Of a stretch of DNA of 64,000 bases, positions 21,681 to 31,932 are shown piece after piece. Every line of letters begins with the position of its first letter. The stretch's first letter is position 1. Source of the stretch: Nitrospirota bacterium. Lineage in GTDB: Bacteria; Nitrospirota; UBA9217. The DNA is taken from assembly GCA_963751455.1 (NCBI GenBank), contig CAVVUN010000008.1, positions 264,636 to 328,635 on the forward strand. Reading direction: 5' to 3'. The notes beneath the pieces are model-generated. The model worked only from the letters and a program-made list of their open reading frames with translations. It was not told the DNA's origin and did not search any database. The position numbers and the translations under genes are program-made.

Positions 21681-23674
21681 TATTTGGACTTTGCATCCCT
21701 ACCGCTTCTCCGGTCGAAAACGACGTCCGGACCGGTCGGGATGAGCAATTCTAATGAAAAGTTCGCGATAAACCGGTCATAGATGATCTGCGAAGACAGA
21801 ATGCCGGCAAGCGCCATGCCTTCGACTTCGCTGACCTGCTTGACCGAGTCCAGCTTGTTCAGCAGGACTTTAACCTTTGCCGGATCGAACAGGCCCGCGT
21901 CCGAGATCGCGGCTCCGGAAAGGAAGATCTCCCGGTGAAGAGCGGAGGCGTGCAGGAGACTCTCTCTGATCGGGGCCCTATACGGATGTTTGGGACGGCC
22001 CACGATCTTTTTGGGCACTATCTCCTCAAAAACTTTTTTCAGCAGGTATTTCTCATTCAAGCCCCTGATCTTCAGCTTTGCGGGAACCCGTCCCATGAAC
22101 TCGATGATCCTGTGGTCCAGGTACGGCGGTCTGACCTCAACCCCGTTTCCCATCGAAACCCGGTCTCCCTGCGAAGAGAGCAGATAGGTGCTCAAAAAGA
22201 TGATCGATTCCAGGTACTGCGCCTGCGCAAGAGCGTCCCACGTGCCGTAGGCCTCCGGCAGGTTTTTTTGTAAGTCGTCCAGGCAGGAATAAGCGCCGAT
22301 CTTCTCCTTCAATTCCTGTGAAAAAAATATTTTAATCTTAGATGTATTCTGCCAGCGTATGGCATGCGAATACAGGGGGTCGTCCGTTCTCTCCAGCCCG
22401 GCCCCGAAGAAGGACTGCAGAAAAAACTTGGGCCGGGGGTTGTTCTTGAAGATATACGGATAGAGTCTTGCTACCAGAAGCGGACGGGATTTGGATCCCG
22501 GTTGACTGGCCCAAAACCTTCTGATTTTCGCTTCCCGGAAAACGTTGTACCCGGCAAATATCTCGTCGGCCCCCTCTCCGGTAAGCACAACCTTGAACCC
22601 GTTGTCTGCCACAAACCGCGACAGCAGGAACAGCGGAACCGGAGCGGTCCTCAGGAGCGCCTTTTCGCAATGCCACAGTACCGTGCGGAAATGTTCTCCG
22701 ATCTTTTCGTTGGTGGCCTGAATGCCGATATGGTCCGTCTGGAGAAAACCGGCCATATACTGCTGAAACTCACCTTCGTCAAAGTCGCCCTCATCGAACC
22801 GTATACCGAACGTCCTGAGCCGGTTGTTGAAGTTCTTTTTTGCAACGGTGGTTATACCCGATGAATCGAGGCCGCCGCTCAGGTAGCAGGCGACCGGCAC
22901 ATCAGCCCTGAGCCGAATTCTGACCGCATCATGGATCAGTTCCTTCAACCCGTTTTCAATTTCCTCCGTCGGCCACGTTAACTGCTCATCAGGACGGCTG
23001 AAGGGAAGATCCCAATATTTTCGAACAGCGATTTTGCCGCCGGAGAGCTTCAGATAGTGGCCAGGCTGCAGTTCATAAATGTCCTTGAAAAGCGTACGGC
23101 CGGGCAGGGTCGTCCAGAACGTGAATATCTGGTCCAGGGCCAGAGCATCGATGACGCGTTCCACCTCCGCTGCCATGAAGATCGATTTTATTTCGGAAGA
23201 AAAGAGCAGTCGGCCGCGGTTGACCGTATAATGCAGCGGCAGAATGCCTACCCGGTCGCGGGCGAGGAACAATTCCTTTTCGCGCGAGTCCCATATGGCG
23301 AATGCAAATTGGCCGTTCAGCTCCTCGACGCACCGGATCCCGCGGTCCTCATAGAGGTGAAGAATGACCTCGGTGTCTGTCGAGGTGGAAAAACGATGAC
23401 CGCGGCGTATCAGCGCGTGGCGCAGCTCCGGATAGTTGAATATCTCGCCGTTATAAACGATCCAGAGCGTCTCATCCTCATTATGAATCGGTTGAGCGCC
23501 GCCCGAAAGGTCTATGATGCTGAGCCTGGTATGGCCGAGCCCCACCCAATCGTCGAGGTAGACGCCCGAACCGTCCGGTCCGCGGTGCCTGATAACGCCC
23601 GTCATGCGGTTAATCATTTCAGGGGAAACAGGACCGGGTCCCGACAGGTAGCACATGCCCGTTATACCGCACAT
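21680..23674 (-). CDS. asnB: Asparagine synthase (glutamine-hydrolyzing)-like amidotransferase
   Basis: MCGI, HRGPD, RLSIID, NGEIFNY, LSGGLDSS, GEGADE. Confidence 0.93.
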   Translation of the reverse strand: MCGITGMCYLSGPGPVSPEMINRMTGVIRHRGPDGSGVYLDDWVGLGHTRLSIIDLSGGAQPIHNEDETLWIVYNGEIFNYPELRHALIRRGHRFSTSTDTEVILHLYEDRGIRCVEELNGQFAFAIWDSREKELFLARDRVGILPLHYTVNRGRLLFSSEIKSIFMAAEVERVIDALALDQIFTFWTTLPGRTLFKDIYELQPGHYLKLSGGKIAVRKYWDLPFSRPDEQLTWPTEEIENGLKELIHDAVRIRLRADVPVACYLSGGLDSSGITTVAKKNFNNRLRTFGIRFDEGDFDEGEFQQYMAGFLQTDHIGIQATNEKIGEHFRTVLWHCEKALLRTAPVPLFLLSRFVADNGFKVVLTGEGADEIFAGYNVFREAKIRRFWASQPGSKSRPLLVARLYPYIFKNNPRPKFFLQSFFGAGLERTDDPLYSHAIRWQNTSKIKIFFSQELKEKIGAYSCLDDLQKNLPEAYGTWDALAQAQYLESIIFLSTYLLSSQGDRVSMGNGVEVRPPYLDHRIIEFMGRVPAKLKIRGLNEKYLLKKVFEEIVPKKIVGRPKHPYRAPIRESLLHASALHREIFLSGAAISDAGLFDPAKVKVLLNKLDSVKQVSEVEGMALAGILSSQIIYDRFIANFSLELLIPTGPDVVFDRRSGRDAKSK

Positions 23675-23771
23675 AGATTATGGTTTCGGAAGGCGGGAGA
23701 GCGTAGGGTGAGCGGTAACTCTTTACCCCCTCCCGACTTCCGCCTTACGCCTTCCGTAATTCCACTCAGTA

Positions 23772-24044
23772 CTAGGCGGTCATACCCGGTTTATCCGGAC
23801 ATTCGCTGACTTTTTGTTCCAGAAAGCGTTCGATATTCTTCAAGGTGTCCAGGTTTTCCGGCAGCAGCTCATCATCGCTGATAGATATGCCATAGGTCGC
23901 CTCCAGAAAACTTACGAGCTCGAGGATGCCTGTGGAATCGATGATCCGTGTTCCCAGAAACGAGGTGTCGTCTTTGATATAGCCGTTATCTCCGAATAGA
24001 AAATTTTGCACTATGAATTCACGCACTGCAAATATATAGCCCAT
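23772..24044 (-). CDS. Acyl carrier protein
   Basis: IIDSTGILELVSFLE phosphopantetheine motif, PENLDT. Confidence 0.9.
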   Translation of the reverse strand: MGYIFAVREFIVQNFLFGDNGYIKDDTSFLGTRIIDSTGILELVSFLEATYGISISDDELLPENLDTLKNIERFLEQKVSECPDKPGMTA

Positions 24045-24086
24045 GGTTTCCTCCCCTTTATTGGATTTCGGTTGTTCCATACTCAC

Positions 24087-25109
24087 CTACAAACCCAGCT
24101 GTTCCCTAACCTGCGCGCGTACCGTTTCATCCGGCCTTTCCGAAAGTTTGGCCAGTCCTTCTTCCCGCTTCATACAGCCGGCCCTGACCAGGCCCGCGAT
24201 TTCCCGGGCATAGGGATGAAACCGATGCCGCTCCAGGTGCGTTTCGTTGGCGAAGCCGTTCAGCAGGCAATTCGTCGAGTTGGCATCCGTATCTTTCGGC
24301 TTCTCCCATCCGAGGGTTCTGATCTCTTCTATCACGCTTTGTTCATCATAGGGCAGGAATGCCAGGGGATTCACGTTGAAAAAAAAGAGCGGTCGTCCGG
24401 ACGATTCCTGCTCGAGCAGCCGGTAATGGCGCTCCTGTAAAATGAAGGACTGCAGCTCTTCTCCCATGACAGGGAGCAGGATGTCCCTGACGGCGTCCTG
24501 GGTCTGGCGGATCATGGAGATGTTGAGCCTGATCATCGAGGACTGCACCGGCGCCTGCCCGGGCGACCAGCCGTATACCATGAACGGGATCCGCATTTCT
24601 ATCGCGGTTTTCAAAATGAAGGACTTGACCAGATGCATGCAGGTATTACAGATGGAGCTTGCCCGCTCGAGCGCCTTCAGCGGATACAGTTCTTCGCTGA
24701 TCGACCGCCTGAATGCGTGAATAAGAGCTTCGCGCTTCGGAGATACCATGAGATGGGACACATTGAGCGTTTGGGTCACACGTTGGATATTGGTCAAGGC
24801 CTGGGGAGAGACAAAACCATGATTGAAGGTGATTGCCAGCACGCTCAGGCCATACTTTTCTTTCAAAAGCTTCAGGGTGTAGGAGCTGTCTTTGCCGCCG
24901 CTATAGGCAATGATGACGTCATAGGGGGCCTTGTATTCCTGTTTACGCTGCTTGAGAAAGTGATCGAACTTACTTCTATATTTTTCCCTGTCAGCCCCGG
25001 ATATCGTGCTTTGCGTTTCGCTGTGCCGGCAATAGTTGCAAACGCCGTCCCGGTCAAAGCGAATGCCGGGGAAGGTCTCAGGAAGAACACACTTTAGGCA
25101 AATATTCAT
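24087..25109 (-). CDS. PP-loop N-acetyl-sugar amidotransferase-like protein
   Basis: CLKCVLP..GVCNYC, SGGKDS PP-loop, CNTC, STNCLL. Confidence 0.8.
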   Translation of the reverse strand: MNICLKCVLPETFPGIRFDRDGVCNYCRHSETQSTISGADREKYRSKFDHFLKQRKQEYKAPYDVIIAYSGGKDSSYTLKLLKEKYGLSVLAITFNHGFVSPQALTNIQRVTQTLNVSHLMVSPKREALIHAFRRSISEELYPLKALERASSICNTCMHLVKSFILKTAIEMRIPFMVYGWSPGQAPVQSSMIRLNISMIRQTQDAVRDILLPVMGEELQSFILQERHYRLLEQESSGRPLFFFNVNPLAFLPYDEQSVIEEIRTLGWEKPKDTDANSTNCLLNGFANETHLERHRFHPYAREIAGLVRAGCMKREEGLAKLSERPDETVRAQVREQLGL

Positions 25110-25110
25110 T

Positions 25111-26096
25111 TTATTTGGACTCCTTTTGCTGGTCATCGAAGAGAAAAAAACATTTACAACTCCTCAGGCCGCTGAGCACGGATACACTCCTTTTTGTTTT
25201 CTGTTCACTGATGAGACTGAGCAAATACCGTCCATAGCCGTTTTTTCTCAACGGCTCCGCAAGGCTGCGACACACGCTCCGCATCGATATAGCCCATGCG
25301 ATAGGCAACCTCTTCTATACAGGCAACCTTGAGTCCCCGCCGCTTTTCAATAGATTCTATAAAAGTGCTTGCCTCGAGCAGCGACTCATGGGTGCCCGTA
25401 TCCAGCCACGCGAATCCGCGGCCCAGGAGCTCGACACTCAGCTGTCCCCGCATTAAATATTCAGAGATTACATCGGCAATCTCAAGTTCACCGCGGGCTG
25501 ACGGCTTGAGACGCGATGCGATTGCAACAGCGTCATTGTCGAAAAAATACAAGCCAGGAACAGCGAAATTCGACTTTGGTTTTTCCGGTTTTTCCTCTAT
25601 GCTCAGGACTTTTCCGTAAGCGTTGAACTCCACGATCCCGTATCGCTCCGGATCTCTTACCTCGCAGCCGAAGATAAGACCACCCCTTCTCAACCCGTAC
25701 TGCTCTCTGCAGGATTTCCGGCAGGCCGTGCCCGTAAAAAATGTTATCGCCGAGGACCAGGCAGACATTATCCGCGCCGATGAAGTCTCTGCCGATGATA
25801 AAAGCCTGTGCGAGACCTTCGGGCCGCGGCTGCACTGCGTAGGAAAATCGAAGACCGAGCGAACAACCGTCGCCGAACAGACGCTCGAAATTGGGGAGGT
25901 CCCCGGGAGTGGAAATGATAAGTATTTCGCGAATGCCCGCCAGCATGAGCACCGAGAGCGGGTAATAGATCATCGGCTTGTCGTACACGCTCAGCAGTTG
26001 TTTATTTACCGCCAGTGTGATCGGATACAGTCTTGTACCTGCTCCGCCCGCAAGGATGATCCCCTTCCATCGGCAATGGTCTTGTTCGCTTTTCAC
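25111..26096 (-). CDS. rfbA: Glucose-1-phosphate thymidylyltransferase, two +1 frameshifts (about 25685 and 25270)
   Basis: [23 protein letters not shown], then [14 protein letters not shown], then NGYGRYL, in successive frames. Confidence 0.9.
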
Positions 26097-26114
26097 GATT
26101 ATAGGCTCATCATG

Positions 26115-27341
26115 TCAACGCCGGGGGCGATAATATTTCCGCTGAATAATTCTTCGGGCTGTACCCAGAATTGAGCGAGTTTTTTCTTTTAACGATAATT
26201 TTAACCAGTTATCAAAGAGAGAGAACCCAACGAGTCGGGGTGTTGGCACGCCCAATGTTTTCATACTCAGCAGTCTTCCCCAGATTGCTCCTCTTTTTGA
26301 AAGCAGGTTCTGCTGGGACGCTCTCAATATTTCAGCGTTGGCGCGTTCGAGCGAGATATAGCCTGCTTTGAGAGCTCCATGAAGAATCCGGCGGCCCCTT
26401 TCCGTTCTTACAAGAACGAGGGAATGACCCTGCTCGCCTTCTTTGATTCGCCGATACCAGGGATCTCCACAGGAGATATCTGCGAACTCACTGGTCCCGT
26501 CTGGGCAAAGGTAACACCGAAACGGTCTGTATTTTTGCACAAAACCCCATGATTGCTTATAGGAAACCTGATGAGAAGGTGTTTTCTCTCCTTTTAACGT
26601 CACCGTTGCCATGCCCGGCCAGCCTTTTCCCCTATAGCGAATTTCCTGAACCTCCTCAGGAGATATATGGAATTGATTGAGCAAGTCCAATGTCCCCTGA
26701 GTGGACGGTGTGCCTGCGCAAAATATTCCGATTGCAACTCCGGTTTTCTTATCAAGCTCCGGTCGTAGACGTTGGGCCTTCCTCAAAGCCGCCACATCGC
26801 ACGGTTTTCCCATAAATACACACTCGCGCGCAGCAGCTTCTATCTGATGCAGGCCATCGCAAGGGGAAGCGGGAGAATACCGTGAACCCGTTCTGGAGAG
26901 AATATCCGCCCGGTTTTGACTAAAGGCAGTCTTATTTTTATACGGCCTCGTTTTATCCGGTCCTGCATGGAGCACACCTGCCATTCTTTCTTTTTCGAGG
27001 CAATACAGCGCAAGAGCACTGGCAATACCCCCGGAAGATCCTTGAAATCGAATCTCCGCGTCACGTGCATATCCTTCCCATATTTCGAGAATACATCCCC
27101 ACTCTTTTGAACTTGTTACTAAACCGTCAAGGAGATTTCCGTCATAAGCCGTCTCATATCCCGGACAAACCTTAAGGCATTCATTACAGCCACTACACCT
27201 GCCGGCATCAAGAACAGGCCTGATCCCGTCGCCGGTAATATCCATAAGGGAAATATTTTTTTGGGGACAAATGGATGCGCAAGCGCCGCAGCCGACACAG
27301 AGTCGCCAATTCGATATGTCCCGAACAGTAAGTAACTGCAT
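26115..27341 (-). CDS. Coenzyme F420 hydrogenase beta subunit (FrhB)-like Fe-S protein
   Basis: Two CxxCxxCxxxCP motifs, SSGG, GSRY, GKPCD, CYLCPD..ADISCGDPW. Confidence 0.88.
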   Translation of the reverse strand: MQLLTVRDISNWRLCVGCGACASICPQKNISLMDITGDGIRPVLDAGRCSGCNECLKVCPGYETAYDGNLLDGLVTSSKEWGCILEIWEGYARDAEIRFQGSSGGIASALALYCLEKERMAGVLHAGPDKTRPYKNKTAFSQNRADILSRTGSRYSPASPCDGLHQIEAAARECVFMGKPCDVAALRKAQRLRPELDKKTGVAIGIFCAGTPSTQGTLDLLNQFHISPEEVQEIRYRGKGWPGMATVTLKGEKTPSHQVSYKQSWGFVQKYRPFRCYLCPDGTSEFADISCGDPWYRRIKEGEQGHSLVLVRTERGRRILHGALKAGYISLERANAEILRASQQNLLSKRGAIWGRLLSMKTLGVPTPRLVGFSLFDNWLKLSLKEKTRSILGTARRIIQRKYYRPRR

Positions 27342-27343
27342 GC

Positions 27344-28654
27344 CTATTTGCCCCTCACCAGTGATCCTATTTCGTTGAATAGATTAAGTACGGTTTCCTT
27401 CACGTGCGGCATCTTTTTTTCCAAATGTCTTTTTAATGATGCTCTTTGCTCGAAAGCATCGTCTATTATTCCGAGAATCTCTTCTTTTTCGAGTTTACGA
27501 GGATCTGCGACAAGCTCTGCAACTCCGATGGTTTGCATGACCCCGATAAATTTTCTGCTATAGGCAATAGATACCGTCGGCGTATTTTGAGAAAGCGCCG
27601 CTATGCACGCATGCATTCGCGAGCCGATAAAGAAATCGCATAACCCGATTACATGCTTGATTTCATTCTGGTTGTATTCGCCTCGTGCTATAAGAAGTCG
27701 CTCGTGGTAATGCCCCTTCAGGGAAGCATAGACCTTTTCGCAAACGACGGAATCACTTTCCTTGTGTGTCCCGAACACGTGGGGAACCAGCATCACGGTG
27801 GCATTTTTTTTTCTGATCATGAAATGGATGAGCTCCGGGATGAATTCCTTATAATCAATTTTGAGCCCGAACATGTTATTTCCGGTGTAGCCGCCCCGGT
27901 ACAGCAAGCCGCTTACATTAAGACCAACAAGCGGTGAATTTACCTTCACTTCGTCAGTCAAGTTACCGGGAGCTGCTTTGTATGGCTTTACCGGATCAAG
28001 GATAAAACCGACATCGTAGCAAAAGCGGATCTTCTCTGATTTTTCGGGAGATTCGAGCATTTTTCTCGTCTCCATGATACCGTCGTAGTCTCTAGAATAA
28101 ACAACCTTCGCTTTGTTCATGATGTATTTTGCTATCGTTCTTGCTGTCCGTGACCGGAATGGGCCGAGTGTCTGCGGCAGTAAAACAAGATCTTTACCCA
28201 AGAGCAGAACGAGTAGTTGAGGTAAGGAAACATAGAGGAGTCTGCCGAGGCCGTAGATATCGCTGAAGCTGTCGCCGCCTGAGATCGACACTGCGATATC
28301 CGCGTCAAAAACATGAGCGAGACAGTTGTTCCGTTTAATGAATTCATCTTTCAATTTTTTAGAAGGGATCAGCCTTAATATCAAGGCTGTGAGAATCAAC
28401 AGTGCGACATTGTTTTTCAAATAGATTTTCTTTGAAAATCGCATATTCACCAGATGAACGGGAATGGTGTGTCCGTTCGCCGGGAAATGATACGTAATGC
28501 TTTCTTTTCCATAATCCAGCAGAAATATTTCGGCCTCGGGATATTGACGAAGAACAGCTTTAATGGAGCCGGCCGTCAATGCCCCTACCCCCAGATTATG
28601 GGTATTAAATGAAGCTCCTAGAAGGGCGATTTTCATTTTGTACTTTGAATCCAT
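27344..28654 (-). CDS. Polysaccharide pyruvyl transferase (WcaK-like)
   Basis: NLGVGAL, GGDSFSDIYG, PQTLGPF, GSRMHACIAA. Confidence 0.88.
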   Translation of the reverse strand: MDSKYKMKIALLGASFNTHNLGVGALTAGSIKAVLRQYPEAEIFLLDYGKESITYHFPANGHTIPVHLVNMRFSKKIYLKNNVALLILTALILRLIPSKKLKDEFIKRNNCLAHVFDADIAVSISGGDSFSDIYGLGRLLYVSLPQLLVLLLGKDLVLLPQTLGPFRSRTARTIAKYIMNKAKVVYSRDYDGIMETRKMLESPEKSEKIRFCYDVGFILDPVKPYKAAPGNLTDEVKVNSPLVGLNVSGLLYRGGYTGNNMFGLKIDYKEFIPELIHFMIRKKNATVMLVPHVFGTHKESDSVVCEKVYASLKGHYHERLLIARGEYNQNEIKHVIGLCDFFIGSRMHACIAALSQNTPTVSIAYSRKFIGVMQTIGVAELVADPRKLEKEEILGIIDDAFEQRASLKRHLEKKMPHVKETVLNLFNEIGSLVRGK

Positions 28655-28659
28655 CCGCG

Positions 28660-30072
28660 TTAAGCCCGGGAATGTGCTCTGCGCGCCACTACGAGATAGC
28701 GTGCTGCGACAAGACCCCTGAGCATTCCCGGTGTTATGTGCGCAATCCGTTGTAAGCGCCCTTCGAAACCATAGAAGGAATGGACGGCTTCCAGGTTGCA
28801 TTGTTTCAGCCATTTTGTAACTTTTCTTTTCGTGGTGAAATGAAGCCCCGTTTTATCAAAATCGTTCATATTTCCTGATAAAGTTCTCTCTAAGGCTAAC
28901 TCTCTGCGAATTTTTATATTATTAAAATTAGGCACGCTGATGATTATAATCCCTTCTTCGGTCAGCACGTCTGCATGTCTGGATAGTATCCTCACGGGAT
29001 CGTGAAGATGCTGCAGTACTTCGGAGAAAATCATGCAATCAAATCGCTTGCCGGATATGGTTTCGTATGCCTTTTCGAAGTCAGGACAGATGACCTCAGC
29101 CCCTTTGGCCTCAGCGCAGGCGCCGATGATCGCGTCCAGCGGAATAACAACGACCTTATGCCCCTTTTGAACCAAGGCCTCCTCTGTTGCTCCCCATCCG
29201 CAGCCGATGGAAAGAACATTTTTCAGATCACCGGGAATCAATGCGATGATGTCGTTTCTGCATTTTTCGTAGTAGCTTTTGCTCCAGCGCGCCTGTCTGA
29301 GCCTGGTCTCTATCGGAAAAAGCGGCCCACGGGAATCCCCGTTGCCCGCGTTCTTGAGCAGGGCTTCTATCTGCCGGCGAAATTCACCATCTGCCAGCCC
29401 CAGCTTTCTGATGTAAACGCCGGGCAGATGGTGGATCTCAAAATCCTTCAGATGGGAGATGCATATCGCTTTCGATAGGCCGCACTGCGTATAGGGATCT
29501 GTCGCCGCCGTCACCAGGAGGTCATATCGCTCATCATGGGGGCCTACCAGATATCCTCCGGAATCGATCGCCATTTTCAATTGCTTCCTGGTCAGGATAT
29601 AACAGGCGGAATGATCATTGGTGAAACGGGCAAAGGTATAATCGCCGATCGACTTGACAGAGCCCGGAACCCAATGGAAATGAGAATGCACGGTTGAATA
29701 ATATTTCTTCCCGAGCGAGTCCTTTTCGTACCGCAGAAACCCGGCAAGCTCATGTTCAGGAAGAATGCGGGTCACGTCCAGGAAAGCCCGAATATTATTT
29801 TGCGTTACCAGCGTGTCATCCTCTGAATAGATAAAGAGGTCATAATTATTCGCTCTTTCGGCAAACAATTTTTTATGCCCAAAAGGGAGCGACCAGGGGT
29901 TTCTGGAAGGAAGTCCTACCTTGACTTCGATTCCCGGACCAAGCTTTTTTGGAATATTCGACAGCACAACTATGTCTATTCGATACGGCATCGACTGGTA
30001 TTCCTTGATAACGGCACTAAGGAATCCCATGTTCTTGCTTCCGTAATTTGCGATAGCGACTAGAATTTTCAT
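28660..30072 (-). CDS. Glycosyltransferase-like N-domain fused to a class I SAM methyltransferase
   Basis: N-terminal ILVAIANYG..YSEDD, C-terminal VLSIGCGWG, EVLQHL, SVPN. Confidence 0.75.
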   Translation of the reverse strand: MKILVAIANYGSKNMGFLSAVIKEYQSMPYRIDIVVLSNIPKKLGPGIEVKVGLPSRNPWSLPFGHKKLFAERANNYDLFIYSEDDTLVTQNNIRAFLDVTRILPEHELAGFLRYEKDSLGKKYYSTVHSHFHWVPGSVKSIGDYTFARFTNDHSACYILTRKQLKMAIDSGGYLVGPHDERYDLLVTAATDPYTQCGLSKAICISHLKDFEIHHLPGVYIRKLGLADGEFRRQIEALLKNAGNGDSRGPLFPIETRLRQARWSKSYYEKCRNDIIALIPGDLKNVLSIGCGWGATEEALVQKGHKVVVIPLDAIIGACAEAKGAEVICPDFEKAYETISGKRFDCMIFSEVLQHLHDPVRILSRHADVLTEEGIIIISVPNFNNIKIRRELALERTLSGNMNDFDKTGLHFTTKRKVTKWLKQCNLEAVHSFYGFEGRLQRIAHITPGMLRGLVAARYLVVARRAHSRA

Positions 30073-30253
30073 CTTTAAGACAGCTCGCTCAGTCGAATTT
30101 TGTATTTATAAAATTACTACAGAATAAACAATTTCACATCATACTCATGGTTTGTTATGAGGCTAGATAAACGGAACAGCCCGTGTCTCCTTCAGGCTCT
30201 CTCGTCAGAAAAAAAGGGATGCATTGTGGAAAGTATATTAATAAAAACAACAG

Positions 30254-31573
30254 TCATCTCGTCGTACCCAATTGCTCCGGGGAAAGTCGTTCAATGGCTG
30301 CTGCCTCGTGAACGTTCCCAACCGGAACTGTTGCAGACCATACGGAGGCTATGGCCGCAAGGCTCAGGTAAAGGAAGAGAAACGACTGGTCGAAGTAGGA
30401 AACACCTATAAAGGTGACGACGTGTGCGAAAAGCGACGCCCCAAGCGCCCATATCATGAAGCGAGACTGCGATGACAACTCAGGCATCTGCCGCAGTGTC
30501 TGACCTACGAAGGAAAACCCCTTGGCCAAGACGGCAATGAACAGCAGCATTAAAGGCAGCCCCCCTGTTACTCCCATGTGAAGGTAATAATTTGTGATAT
30601 CACTGTGATCCGCACTCCAGCCGACGCCGGTAACCATCCAATCGCGGGTGTAATCCGTCCCAGCCAGCCACCAATCAGAGAGCTGCTCGAAAGCAGACTG
30701 AATAAGCCTTGATCGGTGATATCCTGTGCTCCCGCCGGTTAAATCAATGCGCGCTATGAGATAATAGGCCGGCGCCTTCATAATCAATTCCAGGCCGATG
30801 TAGCCGAGAACTGCAAGCCATCGGACAAGCCGCATCCGATGGCGGTAGCGCCACATGAATAATGCTCCGATAGCTGCCATGAAGCTCAAAATCGGCCCGC
30901 TTGAGGAGGCGGCAAATATCATTATCAAACAGGCTCCGACTCCTATGAGTGCCGCTTTTCGGGACCGATTCCACAGGACGATCACAAGCGGCAGACAGAC
31001 TGCTCCGACCGTTCCTGCCAGAATGGAATGGGCAAAAGGACCTTGGGCGCGGAGCCGGCCGACGCGGATAGTCGGACTTTCCGAAACACCGCCCAGCAGA
31101 GAGAAAAGATTATGCGCTGTAAGTTTTTCATAGAGCATCTCAATTGCCAGCGGTACAAGCAGGATCGCTGTAACGCGACACAGGGCAACCACATCATCGA
31201 ATGATTGACAAAAAATTCGAAGAAGGAAGTAGATTCCACATGCATTGTAAACAAGACCAAGCCGGCTTATGAATGCCTTTGAGGGCTCATCGTGGAAGAA
31301 GCTGCTCAACAGCGCCCAGGCAGCCCATATCACCATCAGCCGGTCCATTGCATTTAATCCGCCGGCCAACCGCTCACCTCTTGCGATCACGCGCACAACA
31401 CCAGCGGCCACCAACATTCGGATCACGGTGAATGTAAACGGTCCTATCTCGATTCCCTGTCCCAGAGTCATGTAACAGGCTCCGAGCAATAGAGGCACGG
31501 GCGCCCAGCGACGTGGCAGCGCGAGGAGCGCTACGGTACTTAGCATCACAAATATTACAGCAATGAAGGTCAT
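30254..31573 (-). CDS. O-antigen ligase/Wzy-like polysaccharide polymerase
   Basis: About 10-12 TM segments, RAQGPFAHSILAG, GYHR, DITNYY. Confidence 0.75.
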   Translation of the reverse strand: MTFIAVIFVMLSTVALLALPRRWAPVPLLLGACYMTLGQGIEIGPFTFTVIRMLVAAGVVRVIARGERLAGGLNAMDRLMVIWAAWALLSSFFHDEPSKAFISRLGLVYNACGIYFLLRIFCQSFDDVVALCRVTAILLVPLAIEMLYEKLTAHNLFSLLGGVSESPTIRVGRLRAQGPFAHSILAGTVGAVCLPLVIVLWNRSRKAALIGVGACLIMIFAASSSGPILSFMAAIGALFMWRYRHRMRLVRWLAVLGYIGLELIMKAPAYYLIARIDLTGGSTGYHRSRLIQSAFEQLSDWWLAGTDYTRDWMVTGVGWSADHSDITNYYLHMGVTGGLPLMLLFIAVLAKGFSFVGQTLRQMPELSSQSRFMIWALGASLFAHVVTFIGVSYFDQSFLFLYLSLAAIASVWSATVPVGNVHEAAAIERLSPEQLGTTR

Positions 31574-31745
31574 CCGGTCTCTTGGATTGGTCTAGCCGTG
31601 ATCTGCTTTACATTCCACTGTCGATCTCTGTTATCCTGAAACTTAGAAGCGGCAGTGCTTTCAGAAGAAGCCTAAAGGAGGAGCCGTTTTGGCTTAATGC
31701 TTGCGCGACGATTCATTGGGTCTTTGATAAACCAATTATTACGTT

Positions 31746-31878
31746 TGTGGTCTGAATCACAGATAATTACTTTGAACAATACGAATATACAACTAGTGAA
31801 AAAAGTATTATTAATTTTCAATTTCACGATCGTATCGTGAGCTAAATCACATATCGTAAGCATTAACTATGATAAGCT
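31746..31878 (+). promoter_or_regulatory. Two CRP-like boxes and an extended -10
   Basis: TGTGG-N6-TCACA (31746-31761), CGTGA-N6-TCACA (31836-31851), TGaTAAGCT (31870-31878). Confidence 0.65.
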
Positions 31879-31932
31879 TTAACTAGTGATTAGGTTTCTA
31901 GTCGCTATAGAATACAATCGAGGGGGTCAATT

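Noticed and set aside
4726-23809. Long overlapping ORFs (e.g. 4726, 15137, 16381, 19729, 23057)
   Set aside because: Antisense or alternate-frame shadows of well-supported genes.
14740-25700. Programmed frameshifting or phase variation in prsK and rfbA
   Set aside because: No long homopolymer or slippery heptamer is present, so sequencing error is simpler.
26115-27341. Methanogen-type F420 hydrogenase
   Set aside because: No other hydrogenase subunits are present, and the context is polysaccharide modification.
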